This document shows, piece by piece, positions 39,263 to 53,090 of a stretch of 64,000 bases of DNA. Source of the DNA: Takakia lepidozioides (taxonomy: Eukaryota > Plantae > Bryophyta); contig CM060731.1 in the NCBI GenBank assembly GCA_030704615.1, forward strand, positions 78,368,001-78,432,000. Direction: 5' to 3'. Position numbers and translations under genes: made by a program. Position 1 is the stretch's first letter, and each line of letters begins with the position of its first letter. Under the pieces are notes generated by a model. It was given only the letters and a program-made list of their open reading frames with translations. It was not told where the DNA came from and did not search any database.

Positions 39263-41546
39263 ATGAGAATCTTACCAGTCACTCCAACACTCATGCCAAT
39301 CACAATCGTCATAGCGATATGTTTTCTAATTCTTCCAGTTGCCGAAGCTGACGTTTTTCTATGGCCAATGCCACAGTTTGTAGCATGGGAAACCGGCCCT
39401 GCCCTTGAGCTGAGCTCCTCGTTCACAATCAACTCTCCCAAGCAACTCGAACTCCGAGAGGCGGCAAAGCGATATACGAAACTCATCTTCAAAGAACGTT
39501 GGTTGCCAGTCCAATCCCCCATCATACAGCTAAACACCATACCCGACGTCAAAGCTTCAAGCAAGTTGCATTCTCTTGAGATCATTGTGGGTGATTTGCA
39601 GGCTGACTTGCAACATGGTGTGGATGAATCCTACAATATCAGCATTCCCGATGCGGGTGGGAAAGCTTCTCTTCGAGCAGCAACTGTTTGGGGTGCATTA
39701 CATGGGCTTGAGACATTTTCGCAGCTTGTTCGTCGTCAGAGTGAGAAAAGCTCCATTCTGATCATAGAGCATGCGGTTTACATCAGAGACGGACCCATCT
39801 TTCCGCATCGTGGATTAGTCCTGGACACCTCGCGAAATTATTATCCTGTCAAAGATATTTTGCGCACGATCAGAGCTTTGGGTTGCAATAAGCTCAATGT
39901 GTTCCACTGGCATATTACTGACTCACATTCATTCCCCCTTGAACTCTCCAAGGAACCTGAGCTTGCCAGCAAGGGCGCCTATGGTGTCAGGGAGCGGTAT
40001 ACCCACGGAGATGTTAAGAGAATTATCAAGTATGCTCGAGCACGTGGTGTACGAGTTATTCCTGAGCTTGATATGCCTGGTACGTGCCCTATGTACATTC
40101 TTCAACCCCTCAATGATCTGGTCTAAAAGGTCTAGCCGGAAGGTTGAATAAATACAAGGTTGGGATTCACAGCAACAGACGGATAAGAGGAGGGTTCATG
40201 CACATATCCTTCAAAGTGGACTGATGGTTGAGTATACATTTCGTGCAGGTCATACTGGATCCTGGTCAGGAGCTTATCCAGATATTGTGACTTGTCATGA
40301 CCAATTCTGGATGCAACCAAACTTGCCCTGGAGCTCGCGAATGGCTTCAGAACCGGGATGGCCGGGACAACTCAATCCTCTCCACCCCCACACATACCAG
40401 GTGGTGAAAAATGTGGTAGATGAGGTTACGTCTATGTTCCCGGACAAGTTCTACCATGGAGGAGGCGATGAGGTGAACCCAGGCTGCTGGAACAACAGTA
40501 AAGATATCGAGGTATCAAGTGCTCCACCTATGCACACCCTTTTTCTATAACAGGTCTCCACATTTAGAGTCTTGTTTATGCAGCATTCATCTGTCACCAC
40601 AATATCGGTTCAAAATATCCAAAGAGTCTGTGCAATTATAAAGCTTTGTTACATAAATCTGCAACGTGCTTCGAAATCCATGGCTGCAGGCTTACACACT
40701 TGCAGGAGGGAGCATGACCAGTATGTTATCGACGTTTGTAAACACCACGCACCCCTACATCACTTCAAATGGAAAGACGGCCGTGTATTGGCAGGACTTG
40801 TTACTCGACGATGTTATCAATGTAAGCTCGTCGGTCCTGCCCAGGGAGACAACTATCCTCCAGACATGGCTCAACGGGCCACATAGCACTAAGCTTACAA
40901 CCTCCGCTGGTTACCGCACAATTGTGTCTTCATCCGATAACTACTATCTCGATTGTGGTCACGCTGACTTCATGGGAAATGATAGCCGGTATGTATGTAC
41001 AACACCCACTCCTTCGACACTCAGATCTCTTTACCAAGTTTGAAATGCATGTGAAAGTAACCTACTTGGGATCTACGAAATGAGGAGGAATACTTGAAGG
41101 CAAACTTGATCTAAACTATACGTCGTGACCTCTACAGATATGACCAAAACAGCAACGACGACCCCAACAACCCGGTCAATTACGATGGCGGCGATGGTGG
41201 GTCTTGGTGCGGTCCTTTCAAATCGTGGGCGCGTTTTTATGACTACGACATCACCTACAACCTTACCACATCTGAAGCAGCTCTCGTGCTTGGAGGTGAA
41301 GCCGCCCTCTGGTCCGAGCAGTCAGATGCAACAGTAGTTGACAGTCGACTCTGGCCTCGAACATCTGCCATGGCCGAGACTCTTTGGTCTGGTAACAAAG
41401 CATCTGATGGAACCAAACGATATGCAGAAGCCCTCAATCGGCTGAATGACTGGAGATACAGGCTTGTGGAAAGAGGCATCCGTGCCGAGCCTTTGCAGCC
41501 CCTTTGGTGCTTGAAGCACCCTGGCCAATGTAATGTCAACACTTAG
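39263..41546 (+). CDS. HEXO2: Beta-hexosaminidase (GH20, HEXO2-like), 4 exons
   Basis: Signal peptide; LWPMP; [13 protein letters not shown]; [16 protein letters not shown]; VIPELDMPG|HTGSW; YHGGGDEV; YYLDCGH; [16 protein letters not shown]; [11 protein letters not shown]. Confidence 0.95.
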
Positions 41547-42976
41547 ATCGATGTGATGCATCCGGGAAGCTGTAGATTGATGGGTTTTGAACAAACTTCA
41601 AGCTTGTTGGTCACATCATGCCCACCCCGTCCGTAGATAGAAGAAGAAGGAAGACTCTTGCCCCCAAGCAAGGCGTAACTCATGGTGTCCCATGACTGGG
41701 AAGGGCTACTGGAGTCCACCTTCCTCTCTAGATAGATTCATCACTGTCTCAAGACTTGACAAGAGTGCCAAGTTAGAGTGCAGTCAATCAGATCACCCAA
41801 AGAGTTCTTGATCCACAGGCAGCAGAAGGATTTTAGAAGGAAATTGTAGCTCAAAAGATATGTGATTGTCCAAAATACAAGGACAGAAAGGAAATACATT
41901 GCACCCAGGTGGGCCCATCTGTTCCCTTCTTTCTCGTTTTACTTGACACCTAACATGACAAATTACCCTACCCACACCCCTTTTCGCGCCACCCCATTCG
42001 TTTGACCCTCCCCGTGTTTTTTCTGGAACTTTTAAAGAATCCCTCATACAATGAAATTGCTGTACATATTTTGAGCAATCAGTGCAATGAAAACACAAGT
42101 TTGGCCATCCAAAGAAACAGTGGAAGTGGTGATGTTGAATGGATGGACGGGCGGCCAATGTGGAGTCTCTTGTTTTATTTTCTAAATAAATAATAACATT
42201 TATTTGTTGGCTCTCTTGTAGAGAGAGACTTTGCGGAGATATGCAAGTCAATGGAAAAAATGTGGTCAAAGTAGCTTACACCGTGTCAAGGCACTGATTG
42301 GTGTGTTGTGCTTAGTCATGCTCCCTAGTCTTACCTTCCTCTTATTTATTAGATACTGTCAATGTGGAGGAGCATAATTCGAGCTGCGTGAGCAACGAGT
42401 CTCTTGCGAGGATTATTTGAGATTGCTTCTACAGATGGACATTATCTTACTTAATATGTCGGTATGGCTGTTTGTCATCCAACGTTCATCCAAAATGGAT
42501 TTTTATCCGACGATTCCGGGATCCTCTCCTTGTCATGCCCGCCTTCCTGTCTTTTCGCTTCAGAGCCTTCATCATTGATGCCTTCTTGCTGCGTGCTTGC
42601 GATTTGTGTGAGATGCTTGTGAATTGCCGCAATGATGCATGCTAGAGGAGCTTGCAGTGGCTCACACGCACGGCGGGGAGCTCGTGGCGGTGTGAAGATC
42701 CTTCCCAGGCCTCCTCGCAACTCTCTTTAGCCTGGTGCAGCACAGGTATCAGATTACTACCGTTGTTGTCATCCAAGACCTGATGAGGTTCATATTCCTC
42801 TGACGATCGACGAGGTTCTTGTACTTCCTCGTGTAGATGTACCTAATTTTGATCTAATTATGGATCTTCCTCAGGTAACCAATGAGGCTCAGGACGCTAA
42901 TGAGGCTTAGGTAGCCAATGAGATAATTGAGGAACCAAATGACGATGAGGAATATGATGACGAAGGCCTTGATTAC

Positions 42977-43850
42977 TTGGATGACGTTGAGAAAATCACA
43001 AATCCTGCGAGCCTCTTCTTTGTGGTGAATCCTGATGATGTGGAGCTAATTGATAGGGGAGGGATTAATCGCAGCAAGGGGCCAGAAATCTGGTTCCGCA
43101 AGCGCTTTGATCTTTGGAAGGAAGCTTCTGGCATGGACACTGCTGTAAAACCAGAGGACTTGCCCCTTGATGTGCTTGGTGAATACATGATGTCATTTAT
43201 CTTTTCTCTGAAGAAATTGAATGGAAATTTGTACCCTAGTGCAACACTCTCCATGATGTTTTATGCTTGTGGTAGAATAATACGTCGTGCTCAGCTTGCT
43301 CGTATTATGAGGAACCGTGTAGATGGGATTTCAATTTTGATTCAGACTCACCCTTACTTTGAGCGTGCACGTGATGCTCTGGTTTTACACATGGATAGGA
43401 GTGTGAAAAGTGGAGCTAACTACAAGAAGAGGAAAACGAGTACTCCAATTACTTGGAGAGATCAGGTTGATCAATGATCCGGATCACCATATTACTAATG
43501 CTACAAGTTTGTTGAAAAGGTGGTGCTTCTACTGTCTGTCACGCTTCATGGTGCGTGGTTAGAAATAGGTCCATGCATTGCAGGACATTGACTTTAAGGA
43601 AGGGGCTGATATGTATGGAACCTTTGTACTGTTTTCTCAAAGTGACTCCAAAAAACTATGCTACCTCTATGAGTAGATTCCAGGAGGACCATTTTAGAGA
43701 CTCAGTTCCTTGCTATGAGGAAGATGTTGTGTTGACATATAGGCAGCTTCTGAGGCATTCTCCCAGGAAAGATGATCCTAGCAAGGGTCGACACATTTTC
43801 TTGTAGCCTATTGCTGGAAATCCTCGATCCAATGCTTGGTACAACATTTT
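42977..43850 (+). pseudogene. Crypton/DUF3504-type tyrosine-recombinase-like relic
   Basis: LGEYMMSFIFSLKKLNGNLYPSATL; FERARDAL; LLKRWCFYCLSRFMVRG*K*VHALQDIDF; TPKNY; IFL*PIAGNPRSNAWY; several stops and frameshifts. Confidence 0.6.
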
Positions 43851-45184
43851 GTGCCCATGAGATCTAAGCTACCTATAAGATCTGAGCCTATTGTTACACC
43901 TATTGCATCTACTGATAGTGTTTTGAAGGAAAAGTACAGTGGTGATTTTGCTGATTACTTTGGGGCTCAATTGGCCAATCTGTTGGAAAGTTCATTTTTC
44001 AGTTACTCAGTTTGGAAGTGGCTCAGAAGGCAATGAGCATTAATTTGGTGGACAAATGTTTTGCATAAAGACACCTTGAAGACATTGTTCAGCGGAGGGT
44101 TTGTGCTTGGGGATTCTGAAAAGCGAGCTGCTATTTCTTTTCCTGCAGTGGGAGAGAAGAGGGAGATCTTTCTTGGCAGTGATGGAGTGAAACCTCCTTA
44201 AGAAGCTTTTGTGGCCAGTACAGCTTCAACGATTCTTGATGGTCATATGGAAGTCATTCTTGATGCTCTTTTGATCACTCTTCCAGATATGACTCGAAAA
44301 GATTGACCTAGACACCTCATGTCACCTCATGTGGAGATAGCTTGGCAGTTTTGATTCAGACCGTGACAGCTGGTAGAACTTGAGATTCACCATGATAGGG
44401 TTGAGATTCAGACCATGATAGCTTGTAGCTGCATATTGCAGATGATGTACCTAGCTCTTGAAGCAGTTTTGAGACTATGAAGTAATTTGGGACTTTGTAT
44501 CGATTTTTCAGACTGTGAAAGCAATTTTGTTATCAACCTGATGTGTAATTCTGTTTTGATGTATGGAACAATGCGTTTTGATGCATGGGCTTGTGTTTTT
44601 TGAGTTTCAGTTGCAATTTTACTCTTGTTTTTGTTTCAATTTTAGTGGCAGCTTCTAGATCTGCAACTTGTATGAGTCTGCAATTCATAATTATCCATCT
44701 CCCTATTTCGCAGAGTATATGGTTGGGGTGGACCCCAGTGTGCATGTGGAGGTGGGCTTAAACACCAGCCTGGGTGGAACGAGCACCTGCATATGGAGAC
44801 AATTATCGATAATAATATCATATCTGATTCAGGGAAAAAAACAACCATACGACTATTAAGTTGTGCTAAAGCAAAGCAAAGCAAGAGAGCCAATTGTCGT
44901 TTGTCTCAAAGATCTTATTTATCCATTTATTAAAGAATTTATAAGGTTGTTTACAGTTTCACCATTTTTTTTTTGTAAACACAAAACACATCTCTTATTT
45001 TTTATCTGGATTTTTTTCATTTTTAACGGAAACAAAAAAATAAAAATAAAATAGAGGCATATCTGTAAATAAATAAATAAATAAGAAACATCCTATAATC
45101 GTACCAAGCGGCTTGCTAAAGTAATATTTTGTCCCCTAGCAAAGATTGGCTAGCCAAGAGAGTGAAAAAAGATAACCAACATTC

Positions 45185-45700
45185 AGTAGCTCAGTTGGAT
45201 AGTGCGCTGAGTGCCACCCAGAGAATTATGGAGTCAAATCCTGCTACCTTGACGGGTGTGGTATGTTCTTCTCCCCCCTTCCCTTGGGCGGTCTCCCATG
45301 CAAAAGCCTTCACGGCGAGGTTACTCTGAAAGATATTATTTTCTCCTCTCACTATAACGAAGGGGCCTGATTTGTGGGATGTTGCACAGTTGCTCCCAAG
45401 TGTCTCCATTTAAGAAAAACATAAACAAAAAAATACAAAAGATATGAAGATTGGAGGGAGATAGCAGTGTAGCACCCCCTAAAAACAGGATATTTTAAGC
45501 AGAAGTGAGAAAATGCACAACTTACAAGAATATATCTCACCACGAGCCGAGTGCCACCCAGGTGATTCTGGGTTCAAATCATGCTACCTTGTCAGGTGTG
45601 ATATATTCTTCTCTCCCCTTCCTTTGGGAGGTGTCCCTAGAGCCTTGCGCTCGGCGCCTCATGGCGAGGTTACTATGAAAGAGGTTATTTTCTCCTCTCG
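45185..45700 (+). mobile_element. Two copies of SINE family 1 (second 5'-truncated)
   Basis: AGTAGCTCAGTTGGATAGTGCGCTGAGTGCCACCCAG..TCAAATCCTGCTACCTTG..GGCGAGGTTACT, as at 22.2-22.4 kb. Confidence 0.7.
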
Positions 45701-46956
45701 ATGTTGCTCACGTGTGCTATCACACTCCAATAGCTAGGATGTGACCTTGTAGCCTTGTAGTTGTGAACTCGTGAGCCAAGTAGTGTCATCAGACTCACCC
45801 ATAACTGTCATCCATCTATGATTCTTCATCCAATGATGTCTAAACATGTGTTCTAGGTGACCCCTCTGAGATCATGATTTGCAACACTTTGATGTTGGAA
45901 ATTGGGCTTTTATAGGTGGGGTGTTGGATTTGCGTGAGTTACCTTATGATGGCATATCAAGCATCTAGCATATGACCCAGTGGTTAACCTGCCATAGTTT
46001 GACTTTTTCAAAAATAGGACCCCCCTACTGCAAAAATGGTGTAATTTTTTCGAAAATTAACTTTTTTAAGAACTTGACCAGACATTATGTGCTGAGTACC
46101 TTCTTCCTGCACCCACATGCCAATTTCAGGGCAATCAGCTCTAGAAAACACCGCCCTTGAATGTGGGGCCCATTTATTGGGGCCAAAGGAGAAACATAGC
46201 ATTTTTTTGATAGTTTTTTAAGATTTCGATGACCCCGATTGAGGCCAGATTAGTAGGGAGCCTTCATCCCCTTGGGATCCCTCATCCAACAAGCCAAAAA
46301 TCAATCCAATTTGGCCAACGCCTGTGGTGTTGCCACTTGGTCAAACCTGGGCAAATCCCTTCACAATGATTCTCACACACACATAAAAAGAAATCTTAGA
46401 AAGAGAATTACCTTCATCAAAACCTGACCCCCTTGCTTGCGTGATGAGACAATCTCACTTTAACTCAAAATTTTGGGCCCAGTGAGCATTTAAGGTCACA
46501 ATGACACAAGGTCACCTAATTCAAACATCTATATATATTGGATGTCACCCCATCATAAGCTATAAAAGTGGGTCCGAAGTCAACAGGTTAGATAATGTGT
46601 GGATGTCCCGGTGCCTTGAATCTTTGACGGAGACTTGGGCAACCACATTGCCCAAGTTTATGGACGTTATAAAAATTGTCCCAGAGACTCAAGGTAAATT
46701 GCCCACATATTACTAAGATGTCCGGTTGACCCAATGACCATTCTTTTATAGCCATGAAGTTAGGTATGGCAATGGTGACATCCAACATAGATTACTTTGA
46801 ATCCTTATCACGCAAAAGTTATTTTCCAAGCTGAAACTGCAAGAACTGGACATGTTACAACTAGTATGGGGTTGGTACAACGTGAGCACACCGGTGAGCA
46901 CAAATGGCGTGAGCACAAACCCACGGTCATGGAGGTTTTATGTTTTCAAAACGGAA

Positions 46957-47125
46957 TGTAGCTCAGTGGTAATGGGCACATACCATGTTGGATGTGGTTG
47001 TGGGTTCAAACCAGGGTCTAGTGTCATGAAAGTGTCCACCTTTCAGCTGGAAGGTAGTAGCCTTTGTGGTGAAGAGACACCATAAGTTACGCTCCCTTCA
47101 GGAGGCGTCATACTTTACTTTTTTT
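46957..47125 (+). mobile_element. tRNA-derived SINE, family 2
   Basis: TGTAGCTCAGTGGTAA (A box) and GGTTCAAACC (B box); homologous to 48181-48505. Confidence 0.65.
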
Positions 47126-48180
47126 TCAAAACGGAATAAAACCCCAAAACCTTAATGCAAAATAGACACCCATAATGTATATCTACAAGCTCCAAGTTCC
47201 ACATATCTACAGCTTTGGTATCCTACAAAAGAATAACACATTAGGGAAAAACAAAGTCACAATTACCAGCACCATCCAAAACACACAAATACCAAACAAT
47301 AGTTGAACAATTATAATGAGGTAAACAACGGGTTTTGTTAACGAAATAAATCAAGGTATCGGGTTTCGCCAACGAAATAATGAATTTCGCCGGCGAAATT
47401 TCCAGGTGTCGCTGCGTAGGTCATTATCTTATGGTTTCGTGGGTGAAACAAAATGTATCGTGTTTGTTTTTGCATATAAGAGACAACATGAGATTGTTTT
47501 ATTTCGCTAACAAATTAGGGTGATAGGGCGACTAACCCACGGAAATAAGATGACTAACCATCTTCGTGTGGCTTGTGCTCACGTGAGCACAAGTCTGCTC
47601 ATGTGAACACATTGTGCTAACTGTGAGCACAAATTGCACATTTTTGTTTCGTTATCGCATCTTTTCAAGAATATTCTAGGAATTTTTGGTATATCCTCTT
47701 CTGCGTGCTACCCACCCTCGAACTAGTAGAACCAGACCTAGCAGATGAGCCCCCAAGAAAAATAATTCTGATCAATACATACGGACTGATATGCTTGAGA
47801 AATATCCTACAGAAAAATCACGCTGATCACCAAGACAAGCTGGATTTTTAACTTATTTAAATTTGGAACATTACAACCTTTGCGAGTTACAGAGATTGTG
47901 GCCAAACGTGCCAAGGAGGGCACTTACCAGCTGAGCTACCAACCAATGTGCCACTAATATATTTTTGCATAGAATGGAGCCAATCAATCAATGATCAATT
48001 TAAATACAAAAGCTTGAAATGGTCGCTCAAGAACTCCCACTTATCAGGCTCAATGCATCAAATGGATTGCCTCTTATAGGGCCCACCCCCAAAAGGGGTA
48101 GTAGCCAAGAAGTGAAGATGTCGTCCCAAACAATTCCACATTCAATCTCTCTCAACATCCCCTAGATTAGACAACCAAGT

Positions 48181-48506
48181 TGTAGCCCAGTGGTAATTAG
48201 CACTTACCACCTCGGAAGTGGTTGTGGGTTCAATCCACCGATTGGTGTCACAAAGGTGTCTAGTGTCCACCTTTCTGCTAGAAGCATGCTAGAAGCAGTA
48301 GCCCTTTGGGGTAAAGAGACACCATAAAACAAAAAAATACAAAAAATACGATGCCTCCCGAAGGGAACGTAACTTATGGTGTCACTTGACCCTGAAGGGC
48401 TACTGCCTTCCAGCAAGAAGGTTGACACCTTCATGACACACCCAACGGTGGTTTGAACCCACAACCACATCCAACGTGGTATGTGCCCATTACCACTGGG
48501 CTACAT
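48181..48506. mobile_element. Tail-to-tail pair of SINE family 2 copies
   Basis: + copy TGTAGCCCAGTGGTAA at 48181; - copy starting at ~48506. Confidence 0.65.
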
Positions 48507-48761
48507 GCTGGTTGTTAAAGACACCATAATTTACAACGACGCTACCGCGTGAGCGTGTGAGCGTACGCTCGCACAACGATGACGTGGCGTGAGCCTACGC
48601 TCACACAGCTGACGTGGCGCTAATGCTGACGTGGCGTGAGCCTGGTCCAGGTCATGCCACGTCACCACAAAGAAGGTGGGCCTATAACCGTGGGGCCCCC
48701 AACTGCTGATTTCACCACATGAAGGTGAAACGGATGAAGGGTTTCGGGCTTTCCTGGAGTT

Positions 48762-48980
48762 CAACCTTCTGTTAACAAGAGCTTCATTTCCTAGAACTGA
48801 AATGAACGTTGTGTTAACACGAGGTTGTTTTCCTGGTGTCAATACGAGGTTGATTCGGAGAACTTCATATCAACCTCGTGTTGACACGATGTTGTTTTCT
48901 TAGAACTAAAATCAACCTTGTGTCGGCACAAGGGGGATTTGGAAAACTCCAAGTAAACCTCGTGTTAACACGAGGTTGCT
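48762..48980. repeat. Array of ~6 palindromes CAACCT(C/T)GTGTT(A/G)ACACGAGGTTG (copy B type)
   Basis: Copies near 48762, 48805, 48830, 48871, 48912 and 48955; the same motif recurs at ~55898 (half site) and 55972. Confidence 0.9.
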
Positions 48981-51379
48981 TTGATCATCTGTCTATCTGA
49001 AGGTAGTTTCTTGTGCTTGCTAATGAAAACAAAATGACAAACCAATGCGACAAATGCATTGACCCACGCATAGCAAAGATGTTAGACGACATACATTGAG
49101 AGACACTGGACTTGAACAGTCATTCCATTACAAGTTGTAGTTAAGGAAAACACAGATTTCGGAGTGTCAAGTGCATGCTTTCTATAGGCTTGTATCCCGC
49201 TGTAGAAGTATGTTGACTTCGTTGAAACTCATAGTGGCGTGGTGAATGAAGAAGTCCCGCTTTGGATCACAAACCATCCTTCTCAAGAAGACGAAGTAAA
49301 GGTGTTTGCATGGTATGAACTTCCCTCTCTTTCCCAAACTACTTGAAAGCATACCAACAAAATCAGGACAGATACAATTGGGAAAATTGGAAACAGTGAT
49401 GTCGTACGTCTTGTCTTGCAGCGCAGATGCGGATGAGATCATGGTGAAGACCTGACCATACCCTGGATCAGGCACTTCCATTGTTCCCGCAACACGAGCG
49501 TGAAGCATTCTCGCGGACTCGATTTTGCCTTAGTGTTCTGCGGTTGGAGGGAATCGTCGAACCAGCTTCTCATTCCGTCTGATTGGCCACGAGTGAGCGT
49601 CAGGCGGAGGTACCCGTGAACCGCTTGTACTTGAAGCACCTTCACGTGTAATGGAATGTCTGGCTAGGGAGAAACCCGCCTCTTCCAGCATTGCGATCTC
49701 TTGGTGAGTGAGACTTGTGCCCATCTTCACAGGCCACACGGTTGGTGGAGTAGGCTTCCTCACCACGGAGGGCCTCACTGTCCTACGCACACATCTCCCG
49801 CAATCGTCAGCGCAAAACCAGAACTTGTGGTTCTTTGCCTCTCATTGGCCGTAAGGGAGAAACAAACCAGTGAATATAGGAGCTACAGTGCGTTCTTTCC
49901 CTCTGGATATTAATGATGTACATTTTTCATGATTGGTGGCCCTGATCGCCGCGCATTTCACACGCGATCCAGCACTTGTGCGTTCTATATGCCAAACCTC
50001 ATCCAAGGACATGGACTCTATTACATGCGGCACCATGTTCTGGTCTTCAACCATTGCAGTGACAGTGTTTGATGCAGGGGTCCGGTCTGGGGCAGAATGG
50101 CCCTCACCTGTGGATGTTCCGCAATTCCATCTCTGATCCAAAGGAACACGTGGCGTCGAAAACTTGACCCAGTCCGCCCTATGGGAATCTGCATCCGATC
50201 CGGGAGGGGTATCCAATTTCTGTTTGCAAGACCCGAATCTCTCTTCGCCTTCCAGATGGGGAACTCTTCCCACGAGAGGGGTGCCATCTGCACATATGCT
50301 CACTGCCCGCGCTATTTTGCTGGGCCCCGATCTTCTGGCTGCCTGCAACATCAACTTGCGCCTGTCCGGGCCTTTGCCTCACTACAACAGATTGCGGCTT
50401 TTACGACTCCCATGGGTGCACAGTCATGACAGATTTGTGGCAAAATTGCCATTTGCAGTCGTAAAATGCTTTTGAAGTCATAATGCAGGTCTGGGGAAGG
50501 CGTATATGCGACTGCATGGCTCCGGACTTTGCGGAACACAGGTCAAACATGTTTGACCACAAATATTGGCATGGCAGATATGACTACCAGTCACGGTCAT
50601 GGCTACACTAGAATGACGTGTGTATATTGCTAGAAAGACATATGACTTCATGACTCTCACTCTAATGCATTCTGCCAGATCATCACATGGATGAATCACT
50701 ACATGACTGCACATGTCAACACATGCTGTTCTGGTTATATATATAATATATGAGTATTTATATTTTGAAAAAACGGAGACTCTGACCACTAGAATCAATT
50801 TAAAAAAAAAACAAAATGCAATTAAAAAAAAAAAAAAACACACATCGGCTGGTAAGTGCACAGTGTGTCGCCCTGGTGGTTTGGGGTTCAAACCCGCTGC
50901 CTTATCCCGTGTGTGGGATTGTTCGTGACAGTATGTCTGGGCGTTGATCGTCCTGTACGTCTTATGGCCCATGAATGAAGGCGGGTGAATTTTCCCCCCT
51001 CCTCAAGGACCTGTGGTTTCCTTTAAGAAAAGAAAAGAAAAAAGAAAAATCAAAGAGGGGCTTTTAGGGTTTACAAAAAGGTTAAAAAACTTAAAAAGTT
51101 GCCCATCACGGTAGCGTGAACAGACTTAGAGCGAGCGGGAGGGAGAGAGAGAGAGGGTTGGGACTTAGAGCGAGCGAGCGGGAGAGAGGGCAAACATGCA
51201 TGGGAGGCCCGCAGTTGGATCAACCTTCGCATTTGGAGCAAGCAACCCTAGAAACGCTACGGTACGTGTGCGAGGAGGTTTCGGCTGGGAGCCCGCCGTT
51301 CTTGGGAGAGTCAGCTTCGTCTTAGCAGGCCGTGTTTCAATCTCTACCCGCTCGGCCGTGATTTTACAGCACGGAGCAG

Positions 51380-52110
51380 AGCTGGCATGAGTTTCTAAAA
51401 GATCCTTCACGATGGTGGGACAACCGCAATCGCAAGGTGTGGCTTTTTCTTAATGTACGATGTGAAGAAGTTTGTCCATCCTGCAAATGTGGGTTGTTGA
51501 CTCCTGTTAGTACCATGATTTGGTATTCTTCCTGATGTTTACAAGGTTCTTGGGAGAGTTAGCTTGGTCTTAGCAGGCCGTGTTTCAATCTCTGCCCACT
51601 CAGTTGCACCGTGGTGGTTCTCACTGACCAATCCGACATTACCTGACTACAGAAACAAGCAGCACACTGAAGAGGTCCTCTTGGGTTCATGGTCAGTCAA
51701 ATCCTCCATGGGCCATGACACAAGGTCGAGGACAATGTGGTGAGGGCACCTTCTTCTTCAACCTATTTCAGCCTGTTTTGCCCTCTCATCAGACTCGGCC
51801 CTTCATTTGCAGCACGGAGCAGAGTTGGCATGAGATTTTTAAAGATCCTTCACGATGGTGCGACAACCGCAATGGCAAGGTGTGGCTTTTCCTTAATGTA
51901 CGATATGAAGAAGTTTGTCCATCCTGCAAATGTGGGCTGTTGGCTCCTGTTAGTACCATGATTTGGTATTCTTCCTGATGTTTCAAGGTTCTTGGGAGAG
52001 TCAGCTTGGTCTTAGCAGGCCATGTTTCAATCTCTGCTTGCTCATCTGCACGGTGCTGGTTCTCACAGACCAATCCCACATTACCTGACTACAAGACACA
52101 AGCAGCACAC
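51380..52110 (+). pseudogene. Two captured copies of a PDF-motif-like (OSB-type) exon pair
   Basis: SWHEFLKDPSRWWDNRNRK|intron|TNPTLPDYRNK, and SWHEIFKDPSRWCDNRNGK...TNPTLPDYKT. Confidence 0.65.
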
Positions 52111-52369
52111 ACAAGAAGCACATGATTACCTATGATTACCTGTGGATTTAGCTATAAGAAACCTGCATGGGTAGATGGTGAACTGGAAGCCGCAGGAGTA
52201 GCGGCACAATTGATAAAATCAAGCACTGCTAATAAAGGCACCTTCTTCAACACATTTCACCCTGTTTTTCCCTCTTATCAGAACCGGCCCTAAATTTCAA
52301 TGTCTGCAAGTTAGCTGGTTGAGTGAATCTAGTTGGAGTGACTTTGACATGATACTGCCAATGTGACAA

Positions 52370-53090
52370 GAGTATGCATTGAACCCATTGGTAGCGGGAT
52401 ATTGGGATATCTCTTGGCCATGTGCCATCGTCAAAGCTGAAACTGTACTAGTTGTCATTCTGACCACTGCCCTAGTGGACATGTATGCCAAATGTGGGTG
52501 CAGCAAGCCTGATGCAAAGGGAGAGTTCGACAACATGGCTAAATGAGATGTGGTGTTGTGGACTGCCATGATTGTAAGGTGTGTGTAGCATAGGTGTGGG
52601 AGTAAGGCTTTGGAAACCTAAGAACAAATGATGTGGGAAAGGATGAAGCCAAACCAGGTCATGTTCATTTGTGTTTGTTAATATGCATATGCGAGCCTAG
52701 CAGCCCTGGGAAGGGGCCAAGAGGTTCATGGTGACATCATCAAAGCTGGAATTGTACCTGATGTCATTCTGAACATTCCCCTGGTGTACATGTATGTCGA
52801 ATGCGAGCATGGTAGCCCTGGAAAGGACGCAAAGGTCCATTATCAAATCTGGAATTGTACCACTAGATGTCACTCTAAACACTGCCTTGGTGGATATGTA
52901 TGTCAAATGCACGCCTGGCAGCCCTGAAAAAGGGTACAAAGGTCCACGGTGATATTGTCAAAGCTGGTATTGTATTTGATGTGATTCTGAACGTTGCCGT
53001 AGTGGAAATGTATGCCAAGGTTGCAGGGTGCAACTACAAGGATACATGGTTGTTTTGATAATATGGCTGAATGAGATGTGGTACCAGCCT
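52370..53090 (+). pseudogene. Captured degenerate PLS-PPR repeats
   Basis: TALVDMYAKCG...FDNMAK*DVVLWTAMI..HRCGSKAL; KPNQVMFICV; GQEVHGDIIKAGIVPDV repeats. Confidence 0.8.

Noticed and set aside
45185-45260. tRNA genes at SINE heads (also 22.4, 46.96 and 48.2 kb)
   Set aside because: A/B boxes are present but no convincing cloverleaf, and each continues into a shared body and tail
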